Shown one piece after another: positions 25,303 to 34,071 of a DNA stretch of 34,369 nucleotides. The stretch comes from Candidatus Woesearchaeota archaeon (lineage in GTDB: Archaea > Nanobdellota > Nanobdellia > Woesearchaeales > JAADFO01), in assembly GCA_016926055.1 (NCBI GenBank), contig JAFGPE010000026.1, forward strand, positions 1 to 34,369, in the 5' to 3' direction. A program made the translations under genes and the position numbers. The notes below the pieces were generated by a model, which made no database searches, was not told the origin of the DNA, and saw nothing but the letters and a program-made list of their open reading frames with translations. Each line of letters begins with the position of its first letter. Positions within the stretch are counted from its first letter, which is position 1.

Positions 25303-28300
25303 CTAAGTCAGCAAATCCTTTATCAACTGTATAAATCTCAGCATGAAAATCTTCACGCTGTCAAATGCTGACGCGAGCGAGTTTGTGAGCTTGTCGAAGA
25401 AATTAGCTCTTGACTCAGGAAGCTCAAGGTAAGCATCCTTCTGGGAGATTATGTATTTGCACCCTTCGAGAGCATCATCGATAAGCTGCTGCGCTTTGCT
25501 GAACTGATTAGTCTGCAACGCTTTCTTTGCCTCGGTAAGAATCTCATTCAGTTCAAGGCATTCTGGATTCTCCCTGAACAAATCCTCTGTGAAAGTTATC
25601 TTTGTATTTATCTGGGAGACGTTCTCAAGACCTTTCTCGAGACTGTTGATGAATATCTTTGCTGTATCTGCAAACTCTGGCTGCTCGGCCTCTGCTTTCA
25701 CTGTTATTTCCTGCAGGCCATAGATGTTGTTGCCGGCATTTATGTAAAGAACAGTTTCAAATTCCTCACCGGGTTCGAGCTTCGCTAGGGGGTTGTTCTT
25801 GAATGAATAGTTCATTGAAAGATTCGTCAGGATGCTGAGGTTTATTTTGTTGAGGTCAGCCTCATAGTTGTTTACCAGCCTTATTGGTATTTCCATTGTT
25901 TCGTTCTTGTAGAGAGTGACTATTCCTGGCGAGATGAGTTCAATTGTCACCCTCTTTGTCAGATTCGTCTGGTTTATCACCTTTGTTTCCATTATTGTGA
26001 CCACTGAACTTCCTCCGCCTCCGCCTGAAGAAGCAGCAGTCTCTGTATGGGCCGGCGATGCCTGAAATAGTATTGTGACGTTGTTCGAGTAGGTTGTGTT
26101 ATAGCCGTCGTAAGCTGAAAAAGTCAAGGTGACTGTATTAGGGTTCTCTGAATACAATGTAACTACATTTGTTTCATTGTTTATTGTGACAGATATATCC
26201 ACACTTGTAGAGTAGTTATATGTAAGATTGTCTCCTGTGTCAAGGTCGTAGAAGAAGTTATCAAGATCTACCCACAACAGATAGCTATCTTCAATATACG
26301 ATAAGTTTCCTATCGTATAATGAACCTTGACATTAGAAATATCTGGTGTTGTCGTGCTATTGTTTGTCTCAAGGATCATCTTGTACTGGAGATACCTGTG
26401 AGGCGTTACATTAGGGACAAAGCTCTGTCCAGAATGGTTTGCACCCCATGCACCCAGCCCTGCCTGCGAAGCTGCCGTCCTTAACTGGAAAAGCACAGTG
26501 GTATTTGAACCGGTCGTATTTGTTCCTGACCATTCTATCAGCGATACATTTAAGTAGTTCTCCCCCTGGAAGTCAATTACAGGCGATAAATATGTTCCGC
26601 TAGTTATATATGCGCTGCCGTTTCTCGATAAAACTATCCTCCCATCAAGCGTAAGGTTTGTTGAATTGAATGTTCCGCTAATGAAATCAGAGTATGATTT
26701 GTGCTCCCTGAGGCCAAATATTATTGGCCTGTTAAGATTCAAAACAGTAACATTCCATGTTAACGAGGAATTAGTGGTGCCGTCACTTGCTATGGCCGTT
26801 ATATTATGGGTGCCTGCTGAAGAAAAATCAGGTGAGTACGTGTAGTTGTATGTGGTTCCGTTAACAGTGCCGTCTACAAGCCAATAGTAGCTCAATGTGT
26901 CAGAATCAGTAGCGGATATATTCATTCCCTGCGTGGAATTCTCATAAATTGAAAAGCTAAGGGATGTTGGATAATATCCTGTAATATTCGGCGGATTATT
27001 TATTGAAGTTATAAAAAAGACTATTGTTGTTGTGTTTACATTTGTCCCATCTGTAACGTTTATTATGATTGTGTGGTTGCCGCGGTCAGCCAAACTCGGA
27101 GTGAAATTGACCATTACAGATGAATAGTTCACGACTGTGAAGTTGAACAGGGAGGAGTTTGTTCCAAATGACAAGGTATCATTCTCCTCATCATATGCTG
27201 AAACATATTTTGTAAACAAGGTTCCATCATAGGCTGTCCAGTTTGTCAGCGGCGGCGTGAAATATGGCGGGTCATTCCTGAACCTGATTGAAAGATTAAA
27301 CTCTGCTGTGTCGAAGCCGTTTATGTAACCGTCGGATACGTTAACAGTTATTGTATAGTTTCCTACAAGAGTGTAGTCGGGAGTAAAGTTTATTCTTGCA
27401 GCAGTTGAATTGACAGATGTCAAGGTGAACAATGTTGAATTTGTATCATATGTCAGATTGTCGCCATCAGAGTCGAATGAGTTTATTGTAAGTACGAATG
27501 CGGAATCCTCTGTAACGCTCTGGTTCGATATGCTGTCCATTACAGGTGGCGAGTTTATTATCACAAAGAAGTTTATGACCTCTGAATCGTTTGCAATACC
27601 GTCTGACACAGTTATATTTATAGAGTAGTTCCCAAACTGACTATCTGTCGGCGTGAAGTTTATCATGCCTGTTGCCGAATCAACATATGTTATGTTGAAG
27701 AGTGTTGAGTTTGAGCTGAAGTTTAACGGGTCGTCATCCGCATCTGTGGCAGTTATAAGAAGCGTGAACGTATTGTTTATTCTTGCAGTCCTTTCACCTA
27801 TGCTCGTGAGAACAGGAGGGTTGTTTATGTCAAGTATGGTGAAGTAGATTATTGTGGTATTCGGAGCTCCCTTCTCATCTGTGGCAGTTATCGTGACAGT
27901 ATGATTTCCAACATCCGCATTGTCGGGAGTAAATTGTATTCTTCCTGCAGTTGCATTAAGCGCTGCTATATCGAACATGGCCGTATCATCCGAAAAGTTT
28001 ATGCTGTGGTTCTGCAGGTCGAATGCGGTTACATCTACGGAGAACGCTGAATTCTCATAGATGGTCTGGTTTTCCACAGGATATATCGAAGGAGGATTAT
28101 TGTTGGTTATTTCAATATTCATCAGGACGCTGGCATTAAGTGTACCGTCGCCAACAGTTATGTTTATTGTGTGATTGCCTGCGCTTCCTCCTGAAAGTGA
28201 GAAGGATATCAGGCCTGAAGCAGATATGTTGAATAACGATGTATTGTCATAATAATAGAGACTGTCGTATGTATCTACATCTGTTGCATTAACCTGATAT

Positions 28301-29355
28301 GAGAAAGGCGCATACTCATATGCCGTCTGGTCTGGAATCTGCTGGATGACAGGAACATCATTAACTGGCGTGACATTCAGTGTTATGTTGTTGCCTAGTG
28401 TCCTGTTGTAGCCATCAAATATCTCAAAGTAGATTACCTCTGCTCCTGTAAAGTTACCTGTTGGTATAAAGCTGACATTGTGCGTCGATTCGTTTATCAC
28501 TATCCTTATGGATGAGTTTCCATACGCTGCGTAGGTGATTGAGTCATTATTCTGGCCTGTGCATTCCATGTTGTCCAGGTCATAGAAATACTCGTCAAGG
28601 TCCAGTATGTTAACCAAGTTAGTGTCCTCGGGCCATGTCTGATTCTCAAATGTTTTGTTGTGGACAGGTATTCTGTTCGAGTTCAATACTGATACATTCC
28701 AGACCACATAATCTGATGCATTATATAAGTCACTTACAACAAGCGTTATGTTATGATAGCCTGCTTCACAATAGCTTGCCACAAACAACCACGTAGTGTT
28801 TATTGATATGTTGACTGAGTTCTTGTAATAGACGTTGCTAAGGTTGTCTATATTTGGATGGACAAGGTCATCATCAGAAGCATTATAGTCAAATGTAAAA
28901 CCTATTGTGTCGTTTTCATACATCGCAGGAGTCAGATTTGAAGGCGCATACTGCGTTATGTTCGGCGCATCGTTTGTATTGGTTATATTGAATGTGACAA
29001 ACCTTGTTGCTCCCTCTATCGGTGTCCCTGCATCTTTCACAATTATCGTTATCGTATAGGACACAGCAGAATCATTATTTACGGCTGTAAAGTTTATCAG
29101 GGCAGAGGTATCATTGTAGTTATGCATATAGAAGACAGGCAATATTGATTCGGAATCGTCTGAAAAGTTAAGGGGATATTCCCCATCGGAATCTGTTGCC
29201 TCGACATAATACGTGAACAACTGGTCTTCGTATAGCGTAAAATTGTTCGGAAGATCGGTGAAAACAGGGTCTGCAGACTGAACAAAGCTTGCCGATAGAG
29301 CTGCAGATATCAGAACCAATGCCAGGAAATAAAATCTGCCGTCTCTAAGCTGCAT
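25303..29355 (-). CDS. giant secreted surface protein: signal peptide, ~9-10 cadherin-like repeats, Gly5 hinge, CARDB-like and helical C-terminal module
   Basis: Start ATG at 29353-29355 (MQLRDGRFYFLALVLISAALSASFVQS) lies 6 nt after GGAGG and overlaps the upstream gene by 11 nt. Recurrent inter-domain linkers are NDAP/NDVP/NNPP/NSPP/NDPP. About 94 N-x-S/T sequons by manual count. No TM anchor seen. Confidence 0.85.
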   Translation of the reverse strand: MQLRDGRFYFLALVLISAALSASFVQSADPVFTDLPNNFTLYEDQLFTYYVEATDSDGEYPLNFSDDSESILPVFYMHNYNDTSALINFTAVNNDSAVSYTITIIVKDAGTPIEGATRFVTFNITNTNDAPNITQYAPSNLTPAMYENDTIGFTFDYNASDDDLVHPNIDNLSNVYYKNSVNISINTTWLFVASYCEAGYHNITLVVSDLYNASDYVVWNVSVLNSNRIPVHNKTFENQTWPEDTNLVNILDLDEYFYDLDNMECTGQNNDSITYAAYGNSSIRIVINESTHNVSFIPTGNFTGAEVIYFEIFDGYNRTLGNNITLNVTPVNDVPVIQQIPDQTAYEYAPFSYQVNATDVDTYDSLYYYDNTSLFNISASGLISFSLSGGSAGNHTINITVGDGTLNASVLMNIEITNNNPPSIYPVENQTIYENSAFSVDVTAFDLQNHSINFSDDTAMFDIAALNATAGRIQFTPDNADVGNHTVTITATDEKGAPNTTIIYFTILDINNPPVLTSIGERTARINNTFTLLITATDADDDPLNFSSNSTLFNITYVDSATGMINFTPTDSQFGNYSINITVSDGIANDSEVINFFVIINSPPVMDSISNQSVTEDSAFVLTINSFDSDGDNLTYDTNSTLFTLTSVNSTAARINFTPDYTLVGNYTITVNVSDGYINGFDTAEFNLSIRFRNDPPYFTPPLTNWTAYDGTLFTKYVSAYDEENDTLSFGTNSSLFNFTVVNYSSVMVNFTPSLADRGNHTIIINVTDGTNVNTTTIVFFITSINNPPNITGYYPTSLSFSIYENSTQGMNISATDSDTLSYYWLVDGTVNGTTYNYTYSPDFSSAGTHNITAIASDGTTNSSLTWNVTVLNLNRPIIFGLREHKSYSDFISGTFNSTNLTLDGRIVLSRNGSAYITSGTYLSPVIDFQGENYLNVSLIEWSGTNTTGSNTTVLFQLRTAASQAGLGAWGANHSGQSFVPNVTPHRYLQYKMILETNNSTTTPDISNVKVHYTIGNLSYIEDSYLLWVDLDNFFYDLDTGDNLTYNYSTSVDISVTINNETNVVTLYSENPNTVTLTFSAYDGYNTTYSNNVTILFQASPAHTETAASSGGGGGSSVVTIMETKVINQTNLTKRVTIELISPGIVTLYKNETMEIPIRLVNNYEADLNKINLSILTNLSMNYSFKNNPLAKLEPGEEFETVLYINAGNNIYGLQEITVKAEAEQPEFADTAKIFINSLEKGLENVSQINTKITFTEDLFRENPECLELNEILTEAKKALQTNQFSKAQQLIDDALEGCKYIISQKDAYLELPESRANFFDKLTNSLASAFDSVKIFMLRFIQLIKDLLT

Positions 29356-31894
29356 TCTTTTCCTCCCTCTTTGAGATAATCTCATCGTATGCTTTCTTGA
29401 TATCGGAGTATACCTCGTTTTTGTCTGACTCATCAAGCATATTGTACTGTTTAACAAGCGACTTGTATTTCTCAGAGGCGATGACGAGGTTACCTGATGA
29501 TATCTCCCTTCTCGTTTCCTTGATTTCCGCCTTTAACTTCCCGACAGCTATTGCTTTTGTCTGCTTGAATTCGACAGTAATTATGTTCTCCACAAGAGAC
29601 TTTGCTTTGTCTATCTCTGAAGAAAGTTTTGCAGGACTCAGTTCCTCCCTGGTGAACCTCAGCTCCTCAAGAGCCGTGTAAAACTCGGATATCTGGTTTT
29701 TTGTTGCCTGCGAAAGCCTTTGTTTCTCAAGTTCCTGCTTAAGTTCCTCGAGTGTGAAAGCATAGTCTATTTTCAAGGTGGTTGTTATGAAGCCTCTCAT
29801 CAGAGAACTTAACTCCTCGACTATCTGCCTTGAGCTTTTCTTTCCTATGCTAAGCTTCAGTTCTATGAGCCTCTGAAGGAGATAAGCATATATGCTCGCC
29901 ATTGTCGGCTCATACCTTTGTTTTAATTTGCTGACAAGCTCTGAGGCTTTTGATGATAGCTTCTTCGCTGTTTTCCTTAGCGGCTTTCTGAATACTATAA
30001 TAAGAGGAATAATGAGCAGAAGGATAATCAGAAGCTTTCCCCACCAGCTCAAACCAAGCTTTCTCAATGGAGCAGGCATCTCCAGCAGCCTCTTCCTTGT
30101 TCCTCCCAGGCAAGGCGGGCATGGGCCACCGCAGTCTATATCCTCCTCGCCCTGGTTCTTTATTCCGTCGCTACAGGTTGGGCAAGGCGGGCATGGGCCA
30201 CCGCAGTCGACTCCTGTCTCGCCGCCGTTCTTCAGGTGGTCATCACAGGTAGGAATATATATGCAGCTCATTGTCTCATTCGGCTTGTTCAATGTTGTGT
30301 TGCACCCTGTTAAATCAACACATGTCCTTGTCCTGAAGCCCTCTGGATAACACTTTCCCCAAAGAGTACACTGCCAGTTTTCTTTGCAGAGTGTGCGGTA
30401 ATAAAGTGCTCCGCCTCCTCCACCGCCACCCCCTCCGCCTCCTCCACCTCCTGACTCGGGAGTGTCTATTATTATTATGTATACGATATTGCTGTTCGCT
30501 GTTGCATTAAAAGGGTCTCGGGCAGTAAACACCATTGCCCTTTCGCCGTGAAAATCAGGGGCAGGATTCAATGTCACTACATTTGAGCTGGAGTCTATCA
30601 AAACCTCTATGTTTGCCACATCAGATGCTGTGTAAGTTAAAATATCGCCGTCAGGATCAATAAAATAATCATCCAAATCAAGTCCTGTGAGCGATCTGTC
30701 CTCAAGCCATATCAAAGACGGGATCGATACTGCCAGAATTGGCGGCCTGTTTGTTATGTAAAAATAATCTGTTGCGCTTTCGCTGTAATAATTTGTTCTG
30801 TTGCATACGACATTCCATGTATGGTTGCCCTGCCTGCTGAATATTCCTGAATAATTGAATAGCAATTGGTTAACATCGTATTCCATCTGATAGAACGCTG
30901 TCCAGTTTCCTGTTGTGTTAAATCGTATATAACAGCTGCCATCACCTATCAGACTGTTGTTGAGATACGAATAGTTGGCATAAAACCCCACTGTCTGGTT
31001 ATTGTATCTCGTGTAATTGTCTGTATCGTCCCTCAATACTACACTCGCACTCTCCTCTATATCTATGCTCCCCATGTGGTTCACTATGATAAATGAAAGG
31101 TTTCCATAGAAGCTGCTGTTTCCATTGTATGAAAATGAGCCACATATAGAATATGGACAAGGTCTTCCCTCGAAATACCTGAAGGGTTCTACCAAAGTAA
31201 GATTGTAGAATGTAAGGCTCGCGGTCTTGTTCAGGTTAGGAATGGCTGAGGCATTGAATATAAGATGCTGCCTGCCCATGTCTATACTGCCATCAAGGTC
31301 GTATCCATTTATATCTGAAACTGTGCTATATCTTATCTGGGCATACCATGGTATTCCCAGCATAAGGTTCTGAACATTGTCCCAGCAGGTGTAGTTAGAG
31401 AGATTTGTCGATATGCTGTTGTTGAATTTGCTCCACGACGGCTCAGCGCAGTTTGTCACTTCAAGAGGCAGGATTTTCGTAACAATTGAATTCGAGCAGC
31501 CGACACTATCATTCACAGAAATTCGAATGCTGTAGCTTCCAACATAAGCTATTGTCGGAATGAAGTTCATCACTCCCTCCTGCGTTATGTTAAAGAGAAC
31601 TGTGTTATCAGAGAATATCAGCGACGCTCCCTCAGGGTCTGATGCATCTGCCTGACAGTAGTAGTTATGGGCTATCTGAACTGTTGTGTTGCAATGGCTG
31701 ATATTAAGTATTGGGGCAGCATTTATGCAAAGCTCAACAAAGCCATAGGCGCCGGCTTTTCCGGTTAATTCATATCCAACTTTTTTGCAGATAAGGTAAT
31801 TCGACAGCGAGGACAGCAGTATGAAAGCTATCACCAACAAAGCAATCATGTTGTTGCTTATCCCAGGTCTCTGTTGAATATCAACTTTTCTCAT
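29345..31894 (-). CDS. bitopic surface protein: signal/anchor, cadherin-like domains, Gly14 hinge, two DCGGPCPPC Cys-rich modules, TM helix, ~210-aa cytoplasmic coiled-coil tail
   Basis: 849 aa. N-terminal hydrophobic MIALLVIAFILLSSL, Gly run encoded at 30410-30451, CDDHLKNGGETGVDCGGPCPPC and CSDGIKNQGEEDIDCGGPCPPC, TM LSWWGKLLIILLLIIPLIIVF, then a K/E-rich helical tail. ATGA overlap with the upstream gene. Confidence 0.85.
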   Translation of the reverse strand: MRKVDIQQRPGISNNMIALLVIAFILLSSLSNYLICKKVGYELTGKAGAYGFVELCINAAPILNISHCNTTVQIAHNYYCQADASDPEGASLIFSDNTVLFNITQEGVMNFIPTIAYVGSYSIRISVNDSVGCSNSIVTKILPLEVTNCAEPSWSKFNNSISTNLSNYTCWDNVQNLMLGIPWYAQIRYSTVSDINGYDLDGSIDMGRQHLIFNASAIPNLNKTASLTFYNLTLVEPFRYFEGRPCPYSICGSFSYNGNSSFYGNLSFIIVNHMGSIDIEESASVVLRDDTDNYTRYNNQTVGFYANYSYLNNSLIGDGSCYIRFNTTGNWTAFYQMEYDVNQLLFNYSGIFSRQGNHTWNVVCNRTNYYSESATDYFYITNRPPILAVSIPSLIWLEDRSLTGLDLDDYFIDPDGDILTYTASDVANIEVLIDSSSNVVTLNPAPDFHGERAMVFTARDPFNATANSNIVYIIIIDTPESGGGGGGGGGGGGGGALYYRTLCKENWQCTLWGKCYPEGFRTRTCVDLTGCNTTLNKPNETMSCIYIPTCDDHLKNGGETGVDCGGPCPPCPTCSDGIKNQGEEDIDCGGPCPPCLGGTRKRLLEMPAPLRKLGLSWWGKLLIILLLIIPLIIVFRKPLRKTAKKLSSKASELVSKLKQRYEPTMASIYAYLLQRLIELKLSIGKKSSRQIVEELSSLMRGFITTTLKIDYAFTLEELKQELEKQRLSQATKNQISEFYTALEELRFTREELSPAKLSSEIDKAKSLVENIITVEFKQTKAIAVGKLKAEIKETRREISSGNLVIASEKYKSLVKQYNMLDESDKNEVYSDIKKAYDEIISKREEKNAA
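30109..30136. repeat. 28-nt perfect direct repeat, copy 1 (ggcaaggcgggcatgggccaccgcagtc)
   Basis: Identical to 30181-30208, 72 nt (24 codons) apart and in frame. Encodes the DCGGPCPPC core of the Cys-rich module. Confidence 0.9.
30181..30208. repeat. 28-nt perfect direct repeat, copy 2
   Basis: Identical to 30109-30136. Confidence 0.9.
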
Positions 31895-32394
31895 CTTTTT
31901 ACCTTTTTTTGTTGAATATCAACAAATATTTGTTTTGTCGCATACGTTACCTTCCAGTAATCCATGAACTCCTTTATTTTCTCAATTCCTTTTTCAGGCA
32001 GGATGATGCTGTTTCTGCCAATTGTGCTTCCATTTACTTCCCCAAGAAGACCGCTGTCATTGCCCCTGCCCTTCAGGGCGTATCCGAAAAGTGTTTTGTT
32101 TGAATGACCTAGCGATTCAAGACCATATGTAATAATGAACTGTCTTTCCAGCCCGAAAACCTGGTGCAGAGTCTTGCCATGCCTTGCACTATGGCAGTCA
32201 AGAAGGTGTTTTGCCCTTAAGGGGAAGTCTGATAATCTAAAATAACTTTTTATCTTTAAATAAGAAGCCAGCTCTGAATGTAATTCTCTTATGTTCTCAG
32301 TGCTGTCCAAAAAAACCAGGTGAATGCCGTCATCTGATGAAAGAATGTCGAAAATACAACTGTATCTATTCATGACCTCTTTTAAATCGGGCAT
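31891..32394 (-). CDS. hypothetical cytoplasmic protein embedded in the surface-protein locus
   Basis: 167 aa with no signal peptide or TM. ATG start with an ATTTATATAATA element (32414-32425) 20-31 nt upstream. ATGA overlap with the 849-aa gene. No family recognised. Confidence 0.6.
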   Translation of the reverse strand: MPDLKEVMNRYSCIFDILSSDDGIHLVFLDSTENIRELHSELASYLKIKSYFRLSDFPLRAKHLLDCHSARHGKTLHQVFGLERQFIITYGLESLGHSNKTLFGYALKGRGNDSGLLGEVNGSTIGRNSIILPEKGIEKIKEFMDYWKVTYATKQIFVDIQQKKVKR

Positions 32395-32413
32395 GTTTTA
32401 TTATCAACTAAAG

Positions 32414-32425
32414 TATTATATAAAT
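32414..32425 (-). promoter_or_regulatory. TATA-like element for the 167-aa / 849-aa / 1350-aa transcription unit
   Basis: Minus-strand ATTTATATAATA, centred about 26 nt upstream of the ATG at 32394, in the only sizeable intergenic gap (32395-32448) of the locus. Confidence 0.4.
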
Positions 32426-32448
32426 CTTTTGTTGTTGATAGTAAACAA

Positions 32449-32859
32449 TCATATTGCCTTGAAGAAGAATCTTATAGTGGAAGTGTGGTTACCAAATGCT
32501 GCATCTCTTGGCGGATAGATTCTAAACATGATGTCTTTTGTCTGGTTATACAGAAAGAAAGAATAATACTCTGGTTCTATCCAAGTCGCTATAGGGCCAT
32601 CAATCCTTATTGTGACGAGGCTAGGCTCTTTCAGGTGATGTGATATTTGTATTGCTCTTTCAGCACTTCCTCCAGGAAATACTGTCCCAAAATAAAGCTT
32701 GTCTGTATCAAGATTAAACCCTACATAATCCCCTATCTCAACATGAGCGTCTACAGTGAGCGCATCCTGCACAACCCTGTGGACATATATGAAAGAAGTC
32801 AGTCCTGCCGCAACCAGGGCAACTGTAAAAAGAAGGAGCAATAATTTGTTTAATCTCAT
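32449..32859 (-). CDS. small signal-anchored beta-sandwich protein (PapD/ASH-like 'LYFGTV..G' pattern)
   Basis: 136 aa. N-terminal MRLNKLLLLLFTVALVAAGL. LYFGTVFPGGSAERAIQISH...VTIRIDGP resembles ASH/choice-of-anchor-type beta-sandwiches. 4-nt overlap with the upstream gene. Confidence 0.65.
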   Translation of the reverse strand: MRLNKLLLLLFTVALVAAGLTSFIYVHRVVQDALTVDAHVEIGDYVGFNLDTDKLYFGTVFPGGSAERAIQISHHLKEPSLVTIRIDGPIATWIEPEYYSFFLYNQTKDIMFRIYPPRDAAFGNHTSTIRFFFKAI

Positions 32860-34043
32860 GGTTCCTTCCTTTTCCTCTTTTTCAGCCAGATAATATCGAA
32901 TATGATGACCAGCAATACAAAAACTACAATTATTAGTGTCAGAGTTATTGAATTAAACCCTTGCTTCTTCTCTTCCTCTTTCGTCTCAACGGCTTCCTCG
33001 ATTATCTCAACACTGACTTTCTGTTCTGAGGAATATACCTTGTCTTCGCCCTTCTCCTTGAAGAAGAGGTTAATCTTTACTTCAGCCGGCCCGAGCTGAA
33101 AACCTGTCGTGTCGATATAGCTCTGCAACATTGATTCGGCGAATTGCTGCATTTCTATTGTGGGCGATTTAAAGTTCTGGTTGTAAATCTCGCCTGTCGC
33201 ATATACTTCTTCCAGCTCGTTGTTCCATTGGTTCTCGACCAGCATCTCGAACTTATTTATCTTTTCTTCAATAAGTTTTTCAGTGGTTCTCAATAGCTTA
33301 AGTTCGAGAACTCCGACTTTGAACTCTGCTTTAGCCTCTTTCTTGTCTCCTTCGTAAAAATAGGTCGCTTTTCCAAAGTATTTTCCCGGCAGATAGTTCT
33401 CAGAATGCAGTATCTCTGAAAGTGTTGTTGTTTCACCGGAATTGATGTTGATGTCATTGAAATTGATTACGTCTTTAAGAACATCATCTTTGTCCCTTAT
33501 TTCAACAACTGCGTTGGTATTGAGGAGGGGCTCTTTTCCCCTGCTAGTTATCCTCAGATTAACATTTGTGCTCCTGTTAATATTGGTATTGGCTATATCA
33601 AAATATAGGTCCGCGTATTTTCCCGGATAGGGTACTAGGAAAGTCAACCAACCCTCAACAGCTGTTGAAACTCCGATTGTTCCCCCTGTAGAAACTGCGT
33701 CAGCAACGTAAACAGCAATCGTGTTCTTTCCTGGCGTTGGATTAGCGTCTTTTGGTATCTTGACTTTAAAGGTGAAAGGCACCACCCCTGATTCAGGAAC
33801 CGTTGTTTCCATGCACTTGGGGTATATGTACTCCTTTGGCTCAACATACTTTGAAAGCTCACCCATCATATAAATGACGACTGGTGTCTGAAACCCCGGG
33901 TCAGCCCTTGCATAGAATTTAAATTCATATGTCCTTCCAGGCTCAAAATCAACTTCATGTATTGCAGGAACAAGGCCAACTGCAGAAACATCAACCAATA
34001 ACAGAATAAATACAAAAATGTGGAGAAATGATTTCGATATCAT
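32856..34043 (-). CDS. secreted surface protein with a C-terminal TM anchor and basic tail
   Basis: 395 aa. Signal peptide FLHIFVFILLLVDVSAVG, a beta-rich ectodomain, and the C-terminus QGFNSITLTLIIVVFVLLVIIFDIIWLKKRKRKEP. Confidence 0.7.
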   Translation of the reverse strand: MISKSFLHIFVFILLLVDVSAVGLVPAIHEVDFEPGRTYEFKFYARADPGFQTPVVIYMMGELSKYVEPKEYIYPKCMETTVPESGVVPFTFKVKIPKDANPTPGKNTIAVYVADAVSTGGTIGVSTAVEGWLTFLVPYPGKYADLYFDIANTNINRSTNVNLRITSRGKEPLLNTNAVVEIRDKDDVLKDVINFNDININSGETTTLSEILHSENYLPGKYFGKATYFYEGDKKEAKAEFKVGVLELKLLRTTEKLIEEKINKFEMLVENQWNNELEEVYATGEIYNQNFKSPTIEMQQFAESMLQSYIDTTGFQLGPAEVKINLFFKEKGEDKVYSSEQKVSVEIIEEAVETKEEEKKQGFNSITLTLIIVVFVLLVIIFDIIWLKKRKRKEP

Positions 34044-34071
34044 TTTGTTAATTAATGTTAAAAATAAAAAA

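Noticed and set aside
25300-25305. Convergent stop codons of MBF1 and the giant surface gene abut as the palindrome TAGCTA, with zero intergenic nucleotides.
   Set aside because: It is real in the sequence, but no structure or oligo-T terminator can be assigned. This is probably just genome compaction.
29356-29457. 34-aa N-terminal extension of the giant surface protein ORF.
   Set aside because: It lies wholly inside the upstream gene. ATG 29355 has a strong GGAGG SD and yields a textbook signal peptide.
30410-30451. GGN-rich simple-sequence tract, considered as a microsatellite or CRISPR-like repeat.
   Set aside because: It is in frame within the 849-aa CDS, encodes 14 glycines with mixed codons, and has no spacer structure. 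It is treated as a protein hinge.
32402-32440. 7-bp inverted repeat (tatcaac / gttgata) bracketing the TATA-like element upstream of the 167-aa gene.
   Set aside because: Short arms, a 25-nt spacer and AT-rich context make chance occurrence plausible. It is noted in the locus finding but not called as an operator.
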